Below the pieces are notes generated by a model. The model was not told where the DNA came from and did not search any database. It worked only from the letters and a program-made list of their open reading frames with translations. Below are positions 38,601 to 49,292 of a stretch of 64,000 bases of DNA, one piece after another; within the stretch, counting starts at the first letter, position 1, and each line of letters opens with the position of its first letter. This DNA comes from Thermoproteota archaeon (GTDB lineage: Archaea; Thermoproteota; EX4484-205; JAAOZP01), in NCBI GenBank assembly GCA_038861395.1, contig JAWCDE010000001.1, positions 9,144 through 73,143 of the forward strand, given 5' to 3'. The translations under genes and the position numbers were made by a program.

Positions 38601-38653
38601 TCTTCCTAAAACATTATTTTCTTAAATCTAGGATAAAACCGTTTTTATTGAAT

Positions 38654-39076
38654 ATGGATACGGTAATAGAGAGGGTTCGTGGAAAGGGGCATAGGAACAT
38701 AAGGGCTACTCACCCGACTACGCTGGCTATTACTAGAGATGTTGAAGTGGGAAGAACTGGAGACTGTTTTCTCATCGTCTCCGCAGATAAGTCTCCGCGA
38801 ACACTATCGGAGGATTTCAAAAACGCTGCTAGAAAACCCGTTAGGATAAGCGTTAAAATAATCGTTGGAGACCTTGTAGACGAGTTTTATTGCTACGGCG
38901 ACTCTGCTCTCACGTTTAAAGATGATCGTACGATGGTATTCAGGAAAAGCTCGTACGTTTGCGACAAGACTGTTGGAGTCAGAAGCAATAAGAGTGCCAT
39001 AGATATAGACCGAAGCATAGTTGAAAAATTGAGAAACGGTTGTGAGGCTATTGTAGAGCTTAGGATCAACTCATAA
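38654..39076 (+). CDS. DUF371 family protein
   Basis: GHRNIRATHPTT, GDC, VFRKS. Confidence 0.85.
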   Translation: MDTVIERVRGKGHRNIRATHPTTLAITRDVEVGRTGDCFLIVSADKSPRTLSEDFKNAARKPVRISVKIIVGDLVDEFYCYGDSALTFKDDRTMVFRKSSYVCDKTVGVRSNKSAIDIDRSIVEKLRNGCEAIVELRINS

Positions 39077-39112
39077 TTGAAAACGTTTTGCAACAAATGC
39101 TGATGCTTAAAG

Positions 39113-40174
39113 CTATCTTTCGCGTTCACCTCTTATGAATTCTTCGAATCTTCTCTTAGCCTCTTCATAAGGCATTTGGACTGGAGGATGCTTGAAACAG
39201 TATGCAGACACGCTTATTAAAGGTCCGCTTATACCCCTGTCCAGAGCCACTTTAACTCCTCTTAAAGCGTCTATTATGACTCCCGCACTATTCGGGGAAT
39301 CTATTACTGAGAGCTTAAGATCTATGGTTAAGGGCGCGCCCCCGAAATATTTGCCTTTAATCCATATGTAGCATATCTTCTCGTTTTCAAGAAACGGAAT
39401 GTAATCGCTGGGGCCTATTCTCAGAGGCATCTCGTATGGAGACATCGCTCTAACAGCGGAGGTCTTGCTCTCCCTCTTAGAAACAAGTCTCTGCTGCTCC
39501 AGCATGTTCAGGAAATCTGTATCCCCCCCTATGTTGAGTTGATAAGACTCTTCGACTTTAACCCCCCTGTCTACAAGCAGTTTGATAAGAGTCTTATGCA
39601 GGACTGTTGCGCCAAGTTGGCTCATCACATCGTCTCCAGCTATCGGTAGTCTTCTCTCCTCAAACTTCTTCTGCCAATCTTCAGAGGACGCTATGAAAGT
39701 CGGCATGGCGTTTATGAATGCTACACCTGCCTCCAAGGCTGATTGAGCATAAAACCTGCTCCCCTTCTCGCTTCCCACTGGGAGATAATTTATTAAGACT
39801 TCTGCCCCGGAAGACTTCAACTCTTCAACGACGTCAGCATCATTGCCTTCGTGAAACCTTATAACTTCTTTCAAGTACCTGCCTACTCCATCTAGAACAG
39901 GGCCCTTCTTCACGGTTACTCCAAGCTTAGGAACTTCTTGGAACCTAATCGTGTTATTCGGCTTCTCGAATATTGCTTCACTCAAATCCTTACCGACCTT
40001 CCTACGGTCTACGTCGAATGCTGCTACAAACTCTATATCCTCCGGTCGATATCCCCCTACGTCGGGATGTGCTAAGCCGATTTGCTCTCCCCCCTCCTTA
40101 TAATAGTGGACTCCTTGAACTAGGGCTGATGCGCAATTGCCTACTCCGGCTATTGCTACCTTTATTTTTCCCAA
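39113..40174 (-). CDS. ino1: myo-inositol-1-phosphate synthase
   Basis: GVGNCASAL, NYLPVGS, GDD, QLNIGG, DSPNSAG. Confidence 0.95.
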   Translation of the reverse strand: MGKIKVAIAGVGNCASALVQGVHYYKEGGEQIGLAHPDVGGYRPEDIEFVAAFDVDRRKVGKDLSEAIFEKPNNTIRFQEVPKLGVTVKKGPVLDGVGRYLKEVIRFHEGNDADVVEELKSSGAEVLINYLPVGSEKGSRFYAQSALEAGVAFINAMPTFIASSEDWQKKFEERRLPIAGDDVMSQLGATVLHKTLIKLLVDRGVKVEESYQLNIGGDTDFLNMLEQQRLVSKRESKTSAVRAMSPYEMPLRIGPSDYIPFLENEKICYIWIKGKYFGGAPLTIDLKLSVIDSPNSAGVIIDALRGVKVALDRGISGPLISVSAYCFKHPPVQMPYEEAKRRFEEFIRGERER

Positions 40175-40215
40175 TTCCTACTATGAGAATTATTTTACCC
40201 TTATAAAATTAACTC

Positions 40216-40761
40216 TCACCTCAGTTTTAAACCGCACTTCCTACAGTATCTTATCCCTTCGGTGACAGGAGCTCCGCACCTTGGGCAAAAGCCGATTACT
40301 TCACTGATTTTCTTAGGCTTCTCCTCCTCTTCCTCCCTAAGGGGCTCCTCTTCAACGATCTCCTCGGGCGTGGTTTCCTCATACGCTTGCTCCGTTTCTA
40401 CTTCACCCGTTTCCGCCTCCTCCTGAGCTCCGTACGGGGCCTCTTCAACTTCTTTCTGAGGAGCCTCTTCAACAGCTTCTACGGGAATTAGTATTTTCCT
40501 CCTCTTCGGTTTAATCAATATCGAAATTATCACCACTATCAAGCCGATCCAAAAAAGGAGGGTTGCAAGCGATATGAATGTGTTTTCACCAATGCTATTT
40601 ACTATGGTTTCCCTAATCATTCCCTGAGTGCTTTGAAGATATAGTCCCAATGCTATAAGTAAAACGCCTGTTGCTAGGACATTCGATTTATTCAATTTCC
40701 ATAAATGATGTACTCGGGTGGTAATTAACTTTTTTCCATAATCATGAGAGTGATTATTCAC
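40216..40761 (-). CDS. Membrane protein with acidic linker and C-terminal zinc ribbon
   Basis: Two TM segments, Glu-rich tract, FCPRCG...YCRKCG. Confidence 0.75.
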   Translation of the reverse strand: MNNHSHDYGKKLITTRVHHLWKLNKSNVLATGVLLIALGLYLQSTQGMIRETIVNSIGENTFISLATLLFWIGLIVVIISILIKPKRRKILIPVEAVEEAPQKEVEEAPYGAQEEAETGEVETEQAYEETTPEEIVEEEPLREEEEEKPKKISEVIGFCPRCGAPVTEGIRYCRKCGLKLR

Positions 40762-40768
40762 CTGTTTC

Positions 40769-41161
40769 TCAGAGCATTTTTTGATGCCTAATCATGGCGA
40801 GAGTTATTACAGTCAGGATAATGCAGATTACGCTTAAGATTAATTCCGTCAAGGAAATTATTCCTTGGGCAATCGCGAAATAGAGTGGTAGAGAAACTCC
40901 GGCAACCCCCATCACAATCCCTGTTAAAAACATGTATCGCACAACCCGCTTAAACGCTGTATCGGAAACATACCTTATGCATAGTGAGGCGCCTATTAAT
41001 GTTCCTGCAACAATCAAGTTGTATGCCTCACCTACTGTAAAAATGCTTGCAGAAAAATATGCTGCTGCAAGAATTATCCCTGGCAGTAGGTTAAGCATTT
41101 TGCCTCCTGAGACAAGTTTCTTTTTCAGAGTTGTTTCACTAGCATTCTCTTCCGGGTTCAA
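40769..41161 (-). CDS. Hypothetical membrane protein
   Basis: About four hydrophobic segments. Confidence 0.65.
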   Translation of the reverse strand: MNPEENASETTLKKKLVSGGKMLNLLPGIILAAAYFSASIFTVGEAYNLIVAGTLIGASLCIRYVSDTAFKRVVRYMFLTGIVMGVAGVSLPLYFAIAQGIISLTELILSVICIILTVITLAMIRHQKML

Positions 41162-41197
41162 TACTACGCTCCCTCTTCAAACAGCTTTTTAAAAAGA

Positions 41198-42145
41198 TTA
41201 CGTACCAATATCTATGGAATTCCCAGTTACTGAGGATTTTAAACTAGCTTCAACTATTTTAAGAGCTTTTACAGCATCCTCCTCCCCGGGACTGGGGTTT
41301 ACGTCATTAACTATGCATTCTATGAAATGTTTTAACTCATAACGTAAAGGCTCACTCCACTCGGAGAACGGGGTTATCCTATCATTCTTAGAGCTTAGGG
41401 TTACTTGTTGCGTAACCAAATCGGCTTCAACCACTCCTTCAGACCCTATTACTTCTATGCTCCTTATCTTGTAAGGAGTTAGCCAGTTCGCCTTAATTAT
41501 AGCCATTCCCCCGCTGGGGAAGGTTAAGACCATTGTAGCATAATCTTCATGAACCCTATGCATGGATCTCCCCATCTTAGCATATACTTTAACCGGGTCC
41601 TCTGAGAAAAAGTATCTCATCAAATCTATGTCGTGTATTGCAGTGTCTAAGAGGACTCCTGAATCGGTGATTCTCTCAGGCCATCTTCTAACTCTCGTTG
41701 CCGAAGCCATGATCACCTCGCCTAAAGCTCCTTCCTCGATGTATCTCTTGACCATTCTTGCAGCGGGATTGAACCTTTCAATAAATCCAACCATAATCTT
41801 AACATTCCTATTTTTTAGAAAGCTAATGAGTTCAAGCGCATCCTTGACGGTAGGTGTGAAAGGTTTTTCGATGAGAAGATGTTTCACATTTTTCAATGCT
41901 AGTTGCATCGCCACCTCCTTATGTGTCGAAGTGGGTGTGGAAACAATTGCCCCCTCGTAAGTGTTTTCAGGTACCTCGGAAACATTTACGTAATAAGGGA
42001 CGTTGTAAAGCTTACCGTAGGCACTAGCTCTCTCCCTATCTATATCACACACGCCTCCGAGACTCCCGAGTTCTGCAAGGACTCTTACATGATTCTTCCC
42101 GAAACCTCCTGCTCCAACGACTATGACACGGGGTTTTCCTACCAT
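41198..42145 (-). CDS. Gfo/Idh/MocA oxidoreductase
   Basis: GAGGFG, IEKP, GFIERFNP, DTAIHDID. Confidence 0.92.
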   Translation of the reverse strand: MVGKPRVIVVGAGGFGKNHVRVLAELGSLGGVCDIDRERASAYGKLYNVPYYVNVSEVPENTYEGAIVSTPTSTHKEVAMQLALKNVKHLLIEKPFTPTVKDALELISFLKNRNVKIMVGFIERFNPAARMVKRYIEEGALGEVIMASATRVRRWPERITDSGVLLDTAIHDIDLMRYFFSEDPVKVYAKMGRSMHRVHEDYATMVLTFPSGGMAIIKANWLTPYKIRSIEVIGSEGVVEADLVTQQVTLSSKNDRITPFSEWSEPLRYELKHFIECIVNDVNPSPGEEDAVKALKIVEASLKSSVTGNSIDIGT

Positions 42146-42167
42146 GCTTACTACTCCCCTGTTACTT

Positions 42168-44639
42168 TCACATGAAGTCTTTAAGCTTTAGGCTCTTCCT
42201 AGGGGGCTCTATCTCTATACCCAAGGGGTCAAGAACCTGTTCGAAAGTGGCTTTCATGACTTCCAGATACTTATCCAAGTCTATCTCTTCTATCCGAGCT
42301 AGTTTAACAGGCTTAACACCATTCTTAACCTTAACGTAAGATATTATGTCGCCAGCCCTAGCCCTAATCCCTAATTCTCTCTCAAGCTGTTTCGCTGCTT
42401 TAACGTGCTGCGGCGTGCTCTTCTCGTAATCGTTTAAAGGCTTGCTTAACATTACGTCGAAAGCAAGCTCCTCCAGGCTAAGTTGCCGGTTAACAAGCTT
42501 CTCAACATACTCGTTTATCATATTCTTTATGCTGGCAACAGCCGTGTTAAACTCCTCTTCGTTTCTAACCTTGCTGAGCACGTTAATCATATCGTGAAAA
42601 GCCTGTTTCACGAACTTTGGTGTTGAACTTTTTTTCCCAACAAGACCCTTTATATCTACGTTACCGTCTTCAGTAACTCCCAAGTAATTCTTCTTACGCT
42701 GGCTGAAAACCCCGTACCTGTAAACCTTGTCGATGTTAAGCTCAATATTATACTTGTTCCTCACGAACTCGATGAGCTTTTCAACCTCCTCAGGCTTAGG
42801 GTCTCTCAGGAATATAGAATCAGTATCTCCGTAGACAACCTCTATGCCAAGGTTATTTGCAGTTTCAACAAGCTCGGTGAAGATTCCCCTCCCTATCCAG
42901 GTTACTGTCTCAGCTGCTGAAGGAGCGTAGAAATGAAAAGTGTCTGCTCCCATGACTCCGTAACTAGCGTTTATGAAAACCTTTATCGCCCTCTGTACAA
43001 CGTCGTAGAAAGCACGCTTCTCCGCGGTTTCAGCTTTCTTGGAAAGAGGCTGGTAGTATTTCACACGGAGTTCTCTCAAGGCACCTATTATAGAGCTCTC
43101 TATCCCTCTTCTCTTCACGCATATCCAGTGCGGAGAATTCATTGGAGTATTGCTTTTACACTCCTCGTGTTTGCATCTAACAGTCTCATAGCTTATGTTG
43201 AAATTCATTATTATGCTTGGGTATAGGGATGCGAAGTCCAGTATTACGAGGTTAAAGTATAGCCCTGGCTTCGGCTCAAGCACTATTGCCCCCCTATACT
43301 TCTTGCCCTTTATGATTGCCTCAGACTTCTTCTCGCTCTTAAGCTGTAAAATATCCTCCTGCCTCGGTATCAGGTAATTGTTTTTTCTATGTAAACTTAA
43401 GAGCATGCTTTTAATCCACGTGGAGACACCATGCCTAACAACATCCTCCATAGGCAGCCTGCTTATCCTCATGAAGAGTATGAGGAGCTTGAGTAGAAGA
43501 TAGTCCCTATTAGCTATCAAGTCGAAGGTTATCTCAGCGTCTCTGAAACAGTATTCGGCAAGCTCCCTCGGCTTCAGCATCCAGATTTCTTCAGTAAGAG
43601 CTACTTTCCCCTTGCCGAGCAAAGCCCTGCCGATAGCATCTAGAGTTACCTCCTTGTAGGCTCCTCCGTAAGCATAGTTTTGTATCGACTTGTTGAAGAA
43701 AACCCTGTAAAGATCTATGTGAACCCCCTCGGTAAGGTCAACGTAGTCCTTGCCTTTTTCTAGCGGGGTCTCCTCATCTAACGATAGCTTGCTAGCCCTA
43801 TTATACAGATAGAGAAGGTCGAATTTGTCACCGTTAAAAGTCACTATGAACGGGTATTTCCTTATCTCCTTGAACACCTCTTTCAAGAGCTTCTCTTCAC
43901 GTGAAACATGGATTATTTTCTTAACCCCATCGTATTCCTCCCCGTCGAAATCGTCAAGAACATAAACCTTGTTTTCTTCCGTGTTGGATTTGAAGGCGAC
44001 GGAAATTATCGGGTCCTCTGCCTTACTAGCATCAGGAACATGATTGGGTCCAGGAGGTTTTACTTCTATGTCGAGTGAGGAAAGCTTCATGAATGGTATC
44101 GGCTGATTCAGTATCTCGATGAGCTCTCTTATCTCCGGGTATTCGGATTCCGGTGGCTTGACGGCTTCTTCAAGTACTGTTTCCAAACGTCTTTCAACAA
44201 GCCTTCCATCTACTACATCGTAATAGAGACCAAGCTTCTTGTCAGTATCGTATATGTAGCACCAGGTGTAGTGAATATCTGCTTCCCAAGCTCTCCCCAA
44301 TATCTCCCTTATGGAGGTTGCAGTTCCTCCTATCGACAGAGGGTCTTTTGCAACAATTTTCCTGAAAAACCTCTCTTCATCTTCAAGCAGGTCGTACTTC
44401 TTAACTTCCTCAATCCTATCAAAGCCATGATGATTTATTAACTGCTGGTTGCTCATCAATTCTTCCATGCTTAAATCGGTTAACAAATACGGCTGATGAT
44501 CCTCGCTAGATGGAATAATCACCATCTCCTGCTTCTCCGGATCGTATAGTTTAAGCAAAACCCTTCTATTGTCTCCGTCGTAGGAGGCAGAGACTAGTAT
44601 CAGCCCCTTCCTTTCTTCCATTTCTCTTTTCTTACTCAA
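42168..44639 (-). CDS. polB1: Family B DNA polymerase, PolB1 type
   Basis: LDIEV, FNGDKFD, DFASLYPS, KVFINASYG, YGDTDS; Zn-like CKHEEC insert. Confidence 0.93.
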   Translation of the reverse strand: MSKKREMEERKGLILVSASYDGDNRRVLLKLYDPEKQEMVIIPSSEDHQPYLLTDLSMEELMSNQQLINHHGFDRIEEVKKYDLLEDEERFFRKIVAKDPLSIGGTATSIREILGRAWEADIHYTWCYIYDTDKKLGLYYDVVDGRLVERRLETVLEEAVKPPESEYPEIRELIEILNQPIPFMKLSSLDIEVKPPGPNHVPDASKAEDPIISVAFKSNTEENKVYVLDDFDGEEYDGVKKIIHVSREEKLLKEVFKEIRKYPFIVTFNGDKFDLLYLYNRASKLSLDEETPLEKGKDYVDLTEGVHIDLYRVFFNKSIQNYAYGGAYKEVTLDAIGRALLGKGKVALTEEIWMLKPRELAEYCFRDAEITFDLIANRDYLLLKLLILFMRISRLPMEDVVRHGVSTWIKSMLLSLHRKNNYLIPRQEDILQLKSEKKSEAIIKGKKYRGAIVLEPKPGLYFNLVILDFASLYPSIIMNFNISYETVRCKHEECKSNTPMNSPHWICVKRRGIESSIIGALRELRVKYYQPLSKKAETAEKRAFYDVVQRAIKVFINASYGVMGADTFHFYAPSAAETVTWIGRGIFTELVETANNLGIEVVYGDTDSIFLRDPKPEEVEKLIEFVRNKYNIELNIDKVYRYGVFSQRKKNYLGVTEDGNVDIKGLVGKKSSTPKFVKQAFHDMINVLSKVRNEEEFNTAVASIKNMINEYVEKLVNRQLSLEELAFDVMLSKPLNDYEKSTPQHVKAAKQLERELGIRARAGDIISYVKVKNGVKPVKLARIEEIDLDKYLEVMKATFEQVLDPLGIEIEPPRKSLKLKDFM

Positions 44640-44703
44640 CGTGGATTCTCATTCTCACTATATAGGTTTATCTCCTTGAGTTAGGAGCAAATAATATAGG
44701 ACT

Positions 44704-45042
44704 ATGCCAGTAAAAGAGTATAAGACAAGATATGTGGTGTTTAAGGTTAAGAACCGTGAAGATTTGATCAAGACGCTTAAAGATGCTCACAGCATCCAAC
44801 CGAGCTTCCGTTTTAAAATAGTCCGCGAGTATAGCGGGATTATCGTCGTAAAGTGCCCGCATAAAGCTGTTCCGCTTCTAAGAGAAATAGTAAACGGCCT
44901 CGTTAAAAACCTTCCTGCCTCAGGGTTGAGAATAATAGGTGTCTCCGGCACTCTGAGAAAGGCTGTTCGCAAATTCTGTATTACGAGGATTTCGAGAGCA
45001 AAGATTATAAGGCTTGAGGATAATAGCTTGAGAGAGTCATGA
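44704..45042 (+). CDS. RNase P protein Pop5/Rpp14
   Basis: RYVVF, IIGVSGTLRKA. Confidence 0.8.
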   Translation: MPVKEYKTRYVVFKVKNREDLIKTLKDAHSIQPSFRFKIVREYSGIIVVKCPHKAVPLLREIVNGLVKNLPASGLRIIGVSGTLRKAVRKFCITRISRAKIIRLEDNSLRES

Positions 45043-45743
45043 TACCCGGTTACGAGCGGATGTACGGTTTCTCTCCCGACGGGAGAATACTCCAAGTAGA
45101 CTACGCCATGGTTATGGTTAACAATAGTCCTACGGCGTGGGGTATTCAGGTCGAGGAAGGCATTGTGCTTGCAGGCATAGAGAAGAGGATAGACATGCTT
45201 CAGGACAGGACTTTCAGCCAGAAACTCTTTCAGATAGATGAGCACATAGCAACTGTCGTTGCAGGCTTTAACTCGGATGCTAGGCTTCTTGTAGAGTATG
45301 CTAGGAATGAGGCACAGATAAACAGGCTCTTGTACGATGAGCCCATGGATGTGGAGTATCTTGTGAGGAAGCTGAGCAATACTGTTCAAGCATATACTCA
45401 GCACGCGGGTATGAGACCCTTCGGTATTTCTATGCTTATAGGCGGTGTCGACATGCTTGGCGCTAGCCTCTACCAATTAGACCCTACTGGCATATACTTC
45501 AAGTATTTTGCATCGGCAATCGGCATTGGGAGAGAGGACATACTCAAATACTTTAGGAACAACTACTCGATAAGCACAAGCCTGGACGAGGCTATAACAA
45601 TGGGGATCAGGGGCAGTATCGAGGTTTTGAAGGATGAAGTGGCTCCGGATAGGCTTAGGATTGGAATAATCAGGACGGACGACAAGAAGTTTAGGGTCCT
45701 AAGCTATGATGAAGTGAAGAAGTATTACGAGGAAGCGAAGTAG
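45039..45743 (+). CDS. psmA: Proteasome alpha subunit
   Basis: FSPDGRILQVDYA, RPFGIS, DPTG. Confidence 0.95.
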   Translation: MIPGYERMYGFSPDGRILQVDYAMVMVNNSPTAWGIQVEEGIVLAGIEKRIDMLQDRTFSQKLFQIDEHIATVVAGFNSDARLLVEYARNEAQINRLLYDEPMDVEYLVRKLSNTVQAYTQHAGMRPFGISMLIGGVDMLGASLYQLDPTGIYFKYFASAIGIGREDILKYFRNNYSISTSLDEAITMGIRGSIEVLKDEVAPDRLRIGIIRTDDKKFRVLSYDEVKKYYEEAK

Positions 45744-45750
45744 ATGAGAA

Positions 45751-46440
45751 TTGAGCAGGCCTTCTACTATAAGCAGGCTTTCACTAAAGGGTGAAAAGTT
45801 TGAGATAATTGTTGCTCCCGACCCCGCGTTAAACTTCAAGCTTACTGGTAAAGGGGACATAAGGAAGATCCTTTTGGTAGACGAGGTCTATTCAGACTCT
45901 AAGAAGGGGCTGAGAGTGTCTTCGGAGAAGCTGAGGAAATTCTTCGGGACGACTGATGTTTTCAAGGTAGCTGAGAAAATCCTCCTCGAGGGCGAGCTCC
46001 AGCTTACAAGCGAGCAGAGGCGTAGGATGATTGAAAGCAAGAGGCAGCAGATAATAGCAATGCTCTCCAAGATTCTTATAGATCCTTCTCTCGGGAATCC
46101 GATTCCCTCGCTTAGGATTGAGCAGGCTCTTAACCAGGTTGGTGTCTCGATAGACCCTCTCAAACCCTCGGAGGAGCAGGTTAAGAACGTTGTTAAAGCC
46201 CTGAGGCAAATACTCCAGTTTAAGGTTAACGAGGTTTCTCTGACAATAACCTGCCAACAGGAGGAATCTACTGACGTATACGGTTTCGTAAACTCCTTCG
46301 GCGAAGTTGACCAAACGAAGACTCAGAAGGATAAGAGTGTGAAACTACTGGCCAGAATACCGGCTGTCCTAACGTCATATTTCCTTGAAAAACTGAATAG
46401 TAAATACGGGGACCGAGTAAAAGTTGATATAGGGGCGTGA
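45751..46440 (+). CDS. Ribosome maturation factor SBDS/Sdo1
   Basis: GEKFEI, FGTTD, GELQLTSEQRR. Confidence 0.93.
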   Translation: MSRPSTISRLSLKGEKFEIIVAPDPALNFKLTGKGDIRKILLVDEVYSDSKKGLRVSSEKLRKFFGTTDVFKVAEKILLEGELQLTSEQRRRMIESKRQQIIAMLSKILIDPSLGNPIPSLRIEQALNQVGVSIDPLKPSEEQVKNVVKALRQILQFKVNEVSLTITCQQEESTDVYGFVNSFGEVDQTKTQKDKSVKLLARIPAVLTSYFLEKLNSKYGDRVKVDIGA

Positions 46441-46479
46441 GGGCAGGCTTAAACCGCTTAGGGTGCTGTTTAAGGAGGA

Positions 46480-47184
46480 TTGAAATTGTCCCAAGGTAAT
46501 GAGCAGCAGAGGCAGAGACCTATAGTTGTTCCCGGGGAGCCCGTGGGGGATAGTAAATTCTACATCCCGGGTATGAATACGCTGAAAATCTCAGACAGGT
46601 TTTTCGCAACCACTGTTGGGATAATCAGGGTAGATGGCAAACGTTTAGACGTTATATCGTTAAAATCCTTCTACCAGCCTAGGGTAGGGGACCTTGTAAT
46701 CGGGATTGTTAAGGAGCCTAGTGTAGCAGGCTGGACCGTGGATATAAACTCTCCTTTCCTAGCCTTTCTCCCCCTATCGGAGTATCCTGAGAAAAGGATC
46801 CGTTTGTCAAGGGATAATATCGGCAAGATTCTGGAGAGTGGGGCAGTTATAACAGGAGTCATAAAGGATGCGTCAATATTCTCCTCTCCAGTGATAACTT
46901 TGAAGGGTAAGGGGCTTGGAGTTGTCTCAAGCGGTACCCTGCTGAACATAACTGCGTCTAAAGTACCCCGCCTAATAGGTAAGAAGGGCTCTATGCTGTC
47001 TGTTATAGAGCGGGCAACCGGGGTTAGGCTTACAGTAGGCCAGAATGGCCGTATAATAGTGCACTCTGAAGACAGTAATATTATTGCTAAGATTAGGAAT
47101 GTGATAGAAATGGTTGAAAGAGAATCGCATATATACGGGCTGACGGAGAGGGTTGAGGCATTGCTATTAGGAAGGAAGTCGTAG
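46480..47184 (+). CDS. rrp4: Exosome subunit Rrp4
   Basis: YQPRVGDLVIG, VPRLIGKKGSM, GQNGRI. Confidence 0.94.
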   Translation: MKLSQGNEQQRQRPIVVPGEPVGDSKFYIPGMNTLKISDRFFATTVGIIRVDGKRLDVISLKSFYQPRVGDLVIGIVKEPSVAGWTVDINSPFLAFLPLSEYPEKRIRLSRDNIGKILESGAVITGVIKDASIFSSPVITLKGKGLGVVSSGTLLNITASKVPRLIGKKGSMLSVIERATGVRLTVGQNGRIIVHSEDSNIIAKIRNVIEMVERESHIYGLTERVEALLLGRKS

Positions 47185-47188
47185 AAGC

Positions 47189-47917
47189 ATGGGGGAAAAG
47201 ATAAGCCTGTTTAAGGAAGACGGTAGGAGGACAGACGGCAGGGATTTAGATGAGCTTAGGCCGATTAAGATTAAGGTAGGCGTATTATCCAATGCTCAAG
47301 GCTCTGCTTACATTGAGCAGGGTAAGAACAAGATACTCGCAGCAGTTTACGGACCTAAGGAAGCGCTTCCTAAGCATATTTCACTGCCTGACAGGTGTAT
47401 TCTAAGATGCAGGTATCATATGGCTCCTTTCTCAACACCCGAGAGGAAAAGCCCTGCCCCGAGCAGGAGGGAAATAGAGTTATCGATGATTATTAGAAAT
47501 GCTCTTGAGCCGCTTGTCATGACTTATCTCTTCCCCAGGACTGTGATAGACATTTTCATAGAGGTTCTGCAGGCTGACGGTGGTACTCGTTGTGCTGGGT
47601 TGACGGCAGCAGTCCTAGCGCTCGCGGACGCTGGCATCCCCTTGAAAGGGTTGACTGCAGCCTGTGCGGTGGGAAAGGCTGAGGGCAAGGTAATAGTGGA
47701 TCTTAATGATCTCGAGGATAAGTACGGTGAGGCTGATATGCCCATAGCTTACAATCCGACTCTAGACGGGATCACGTTGCTCCAGATGGATGGTATAATG
47801 TCGAAGGAGGAGATTGAGCAAGCACTATCCTTAGCTATAACTGCTACTCAAAAAATTCACAAGATGCAGGTTGACGCGTTAAAAGAAAGGTTTTCGTTTT
47901 CACGGAGGGAGGTTTAA
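47189..47917 (+). CDS. rrp41: Exosome subunit Rrp41
   Basis: RTDGR, YHMAPFS, QADGGTR, ADMP. Confidence 0.96.
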   Translation: MGEKISLFKEDGRRTDGRDLDELRPIKIKVGVLSNAQGSAYIEQGKNKILAAVYGPKEALPKHISLPDRCILRCRYHMAPFSTPERKSPAPSRREIELSMIIRNALEPLVMTYLFPRTVIDIFIEVLQADGGTRCAGLTAAVLALADAGIPLKGLTAACAVGKAEGKVIVDLNDLEDKYGEADMPIAYNPTLDGITLLQMDGIMSKEEIEQALSLAITATQKIHKMQVDALKERFSFSRREV

Positions 47918-48741
47918 TGTCGATAACTGAGCAGAGGCCGATCATCTCTAAGCTTGAGAAACAGGAGCTTTACCGCTTCCTGGCCGAGGGGAGGAGGATT
48001 GATGGCCGGAGTCTCCTCCAATACAGGAATCTAAGTGTGCAGCTCGGGTATATTGAGAAAGCAGAGGGCTCGGCGCTTGTGGAGCTTGGCAATACTAAGG
48101 TTCTGGCTGCTGTTAAAGTTGGCGTAGCACTGCCTTTTGCAGACACTCCTAACGAGGGTATTTTAATCGTGAACGCTGAACTTGTTCCCCTGGCCTCTCC
48201 CGTCTTTGAACCAGGTCCTCCATCAGAAGAGTCTATTTCTTTAGCACGGTATGTTGATAGAAGCATTAGGGAGTCTAAGACTGTTGACCTCTCTTCATTA
48301 TGCATAGTTCCAGGCAGGTCTGTTTATTCGCTTTACATCGACCTCTATATTCTTGATTATGATGGTAATCTGATAGATGCTTCAGTAATAGCAAGCGTAA
48401 ACGCTCTCAGCACTACGATGCTTCCGAAGTATAGTTTAGAAGGGCAAAACATTAAAAAGCTCGATGAATACTTTAAGCTTGAACTCAAGGATTACCCGGT
48501 CTCATTGACATATGCGTTTTTCGGCGATAAGTATGTTGTAGATCCCTGTCTGAACGAGGAATATGCCTCTGACTTCACCGTCTCGATGACGGTTAAGTCC
48601 GATGACAGGTTCTGTGCAATACAGAAGAACGGCGGGGGAATGCTTTCTCCTAGGAGCTTTTTAGACCTCTTGGAAAAATCTATAACGCTGGGAAAAGAGT
48701 TAAGAAGAGTCGCATACAGCCAGATCGTTAAAAATGACTAA
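47917..48741 (+). CDS. rrp42: Exosome subunit Rrp42
   Basis: RIDGR, FEPGPP, DGNLIDA. Confidence 0.95.
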   Translation: MSITEQRPIISKLEKQELYRFLAEGRRIDGRSLLQYRNLSVQLGYIEKAEGSALVELGNTKVLAAVKVGVALPFADTPNEGILIVNAELVPLASPVFEPGPPSEESISLARYVDRSIRESKTVDLSSLCIVPGRSVYSLYIDLYILDYDGNLIDASVIASVNALSTTMLPKYSLEGQNIKKLDEYFKLELKDYPVSLTYAFFGDKYVVDPCLNEEYASDFTVSMTVKSDDRFCAIQKNGGGMLSPRSFLDLLEKSITLGKELRRVAYSQIVKND

Positions 48742-48994
48742 GAGGAGAAAGGAATCCGGAGCCTTAGGCGTGAAATACGGTTTCTCCCTTAGGGAGAGAT
48801 ACGTGCAGGTTTTAAAGAGGAGGAGGGCAGTTTACAACTGCCCTAGGTGTGGCACAGGTGTTCTTAAGAGGCTTAGCGTGGGTGTTTGGAGCTGTAGGAA
48901 ATGCGAATACACTTTTGCCGGGGGGGCATACGAGCCCTTTACTAAAATGGGCGAGGCTGCTGCAAGAGCTGTAGGCGTTAGGACCACGCTCTAG
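48734..48994 (+). CDS. rpl37ae: 50S ribosomal protein L37Ae
   Basis: KYG, CPRC, GVWSCRKC, FAGGAY. Confidence 0.94.
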   Translation: MTKRRKESGALGVKYGFSLRERYVQVLKRRRAVYNCPRCGTGVLKRLSVGVWSCRKCEYTFAGGAYEPFTKMGEAAARAVGVRTTL

Positions 48995-49234
48995 ATGATA
49001 AAGGTTAAACTGATTTTGAAGTACGAGGATAAATGGATGCCCCATGCAATCTACAGGGCTTGCCTTCAAGAAGTGGTTTCAGAACCTAGGAGCGGAGTTA
49101 ATGCGAAGGCTGTCGACAATAAATTACTACTCCTCTTCAAAGGAAACAAACCTTCTAAAGTGGCTGAAAGGCTTAGGAATATTTTGGGTCTGATTAACTT
49201 GATGGAATGTTCCATAGCTCTCCTCGAGGCCTAA
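48995..49234 (+). CDS. pcc1: Probable KEOPS subunit Pcc1
   Basis: Size and position between rpl37ae and prefoldin beta; weak motif support. Confidence 0.6.
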   Translation: MIKVKLILKYEDKWMPHAIYRACLQEVVSEPRSGVNAKAVDNKLLLLFKGNKPSKVAERLRNILGLINLMECSIALLEA

Positions 49235-49292
49235 CCTCATTATGCTGGAAGCATATGTTTTTAAGCACCCTAAGTTATAGGATTTAGGAGCA

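Noticed and set aside
24067..44639. Inteins in RpoA, RpoB or PolB1
   Set aside because: Protein lengths are normal and no intein motifs were seen
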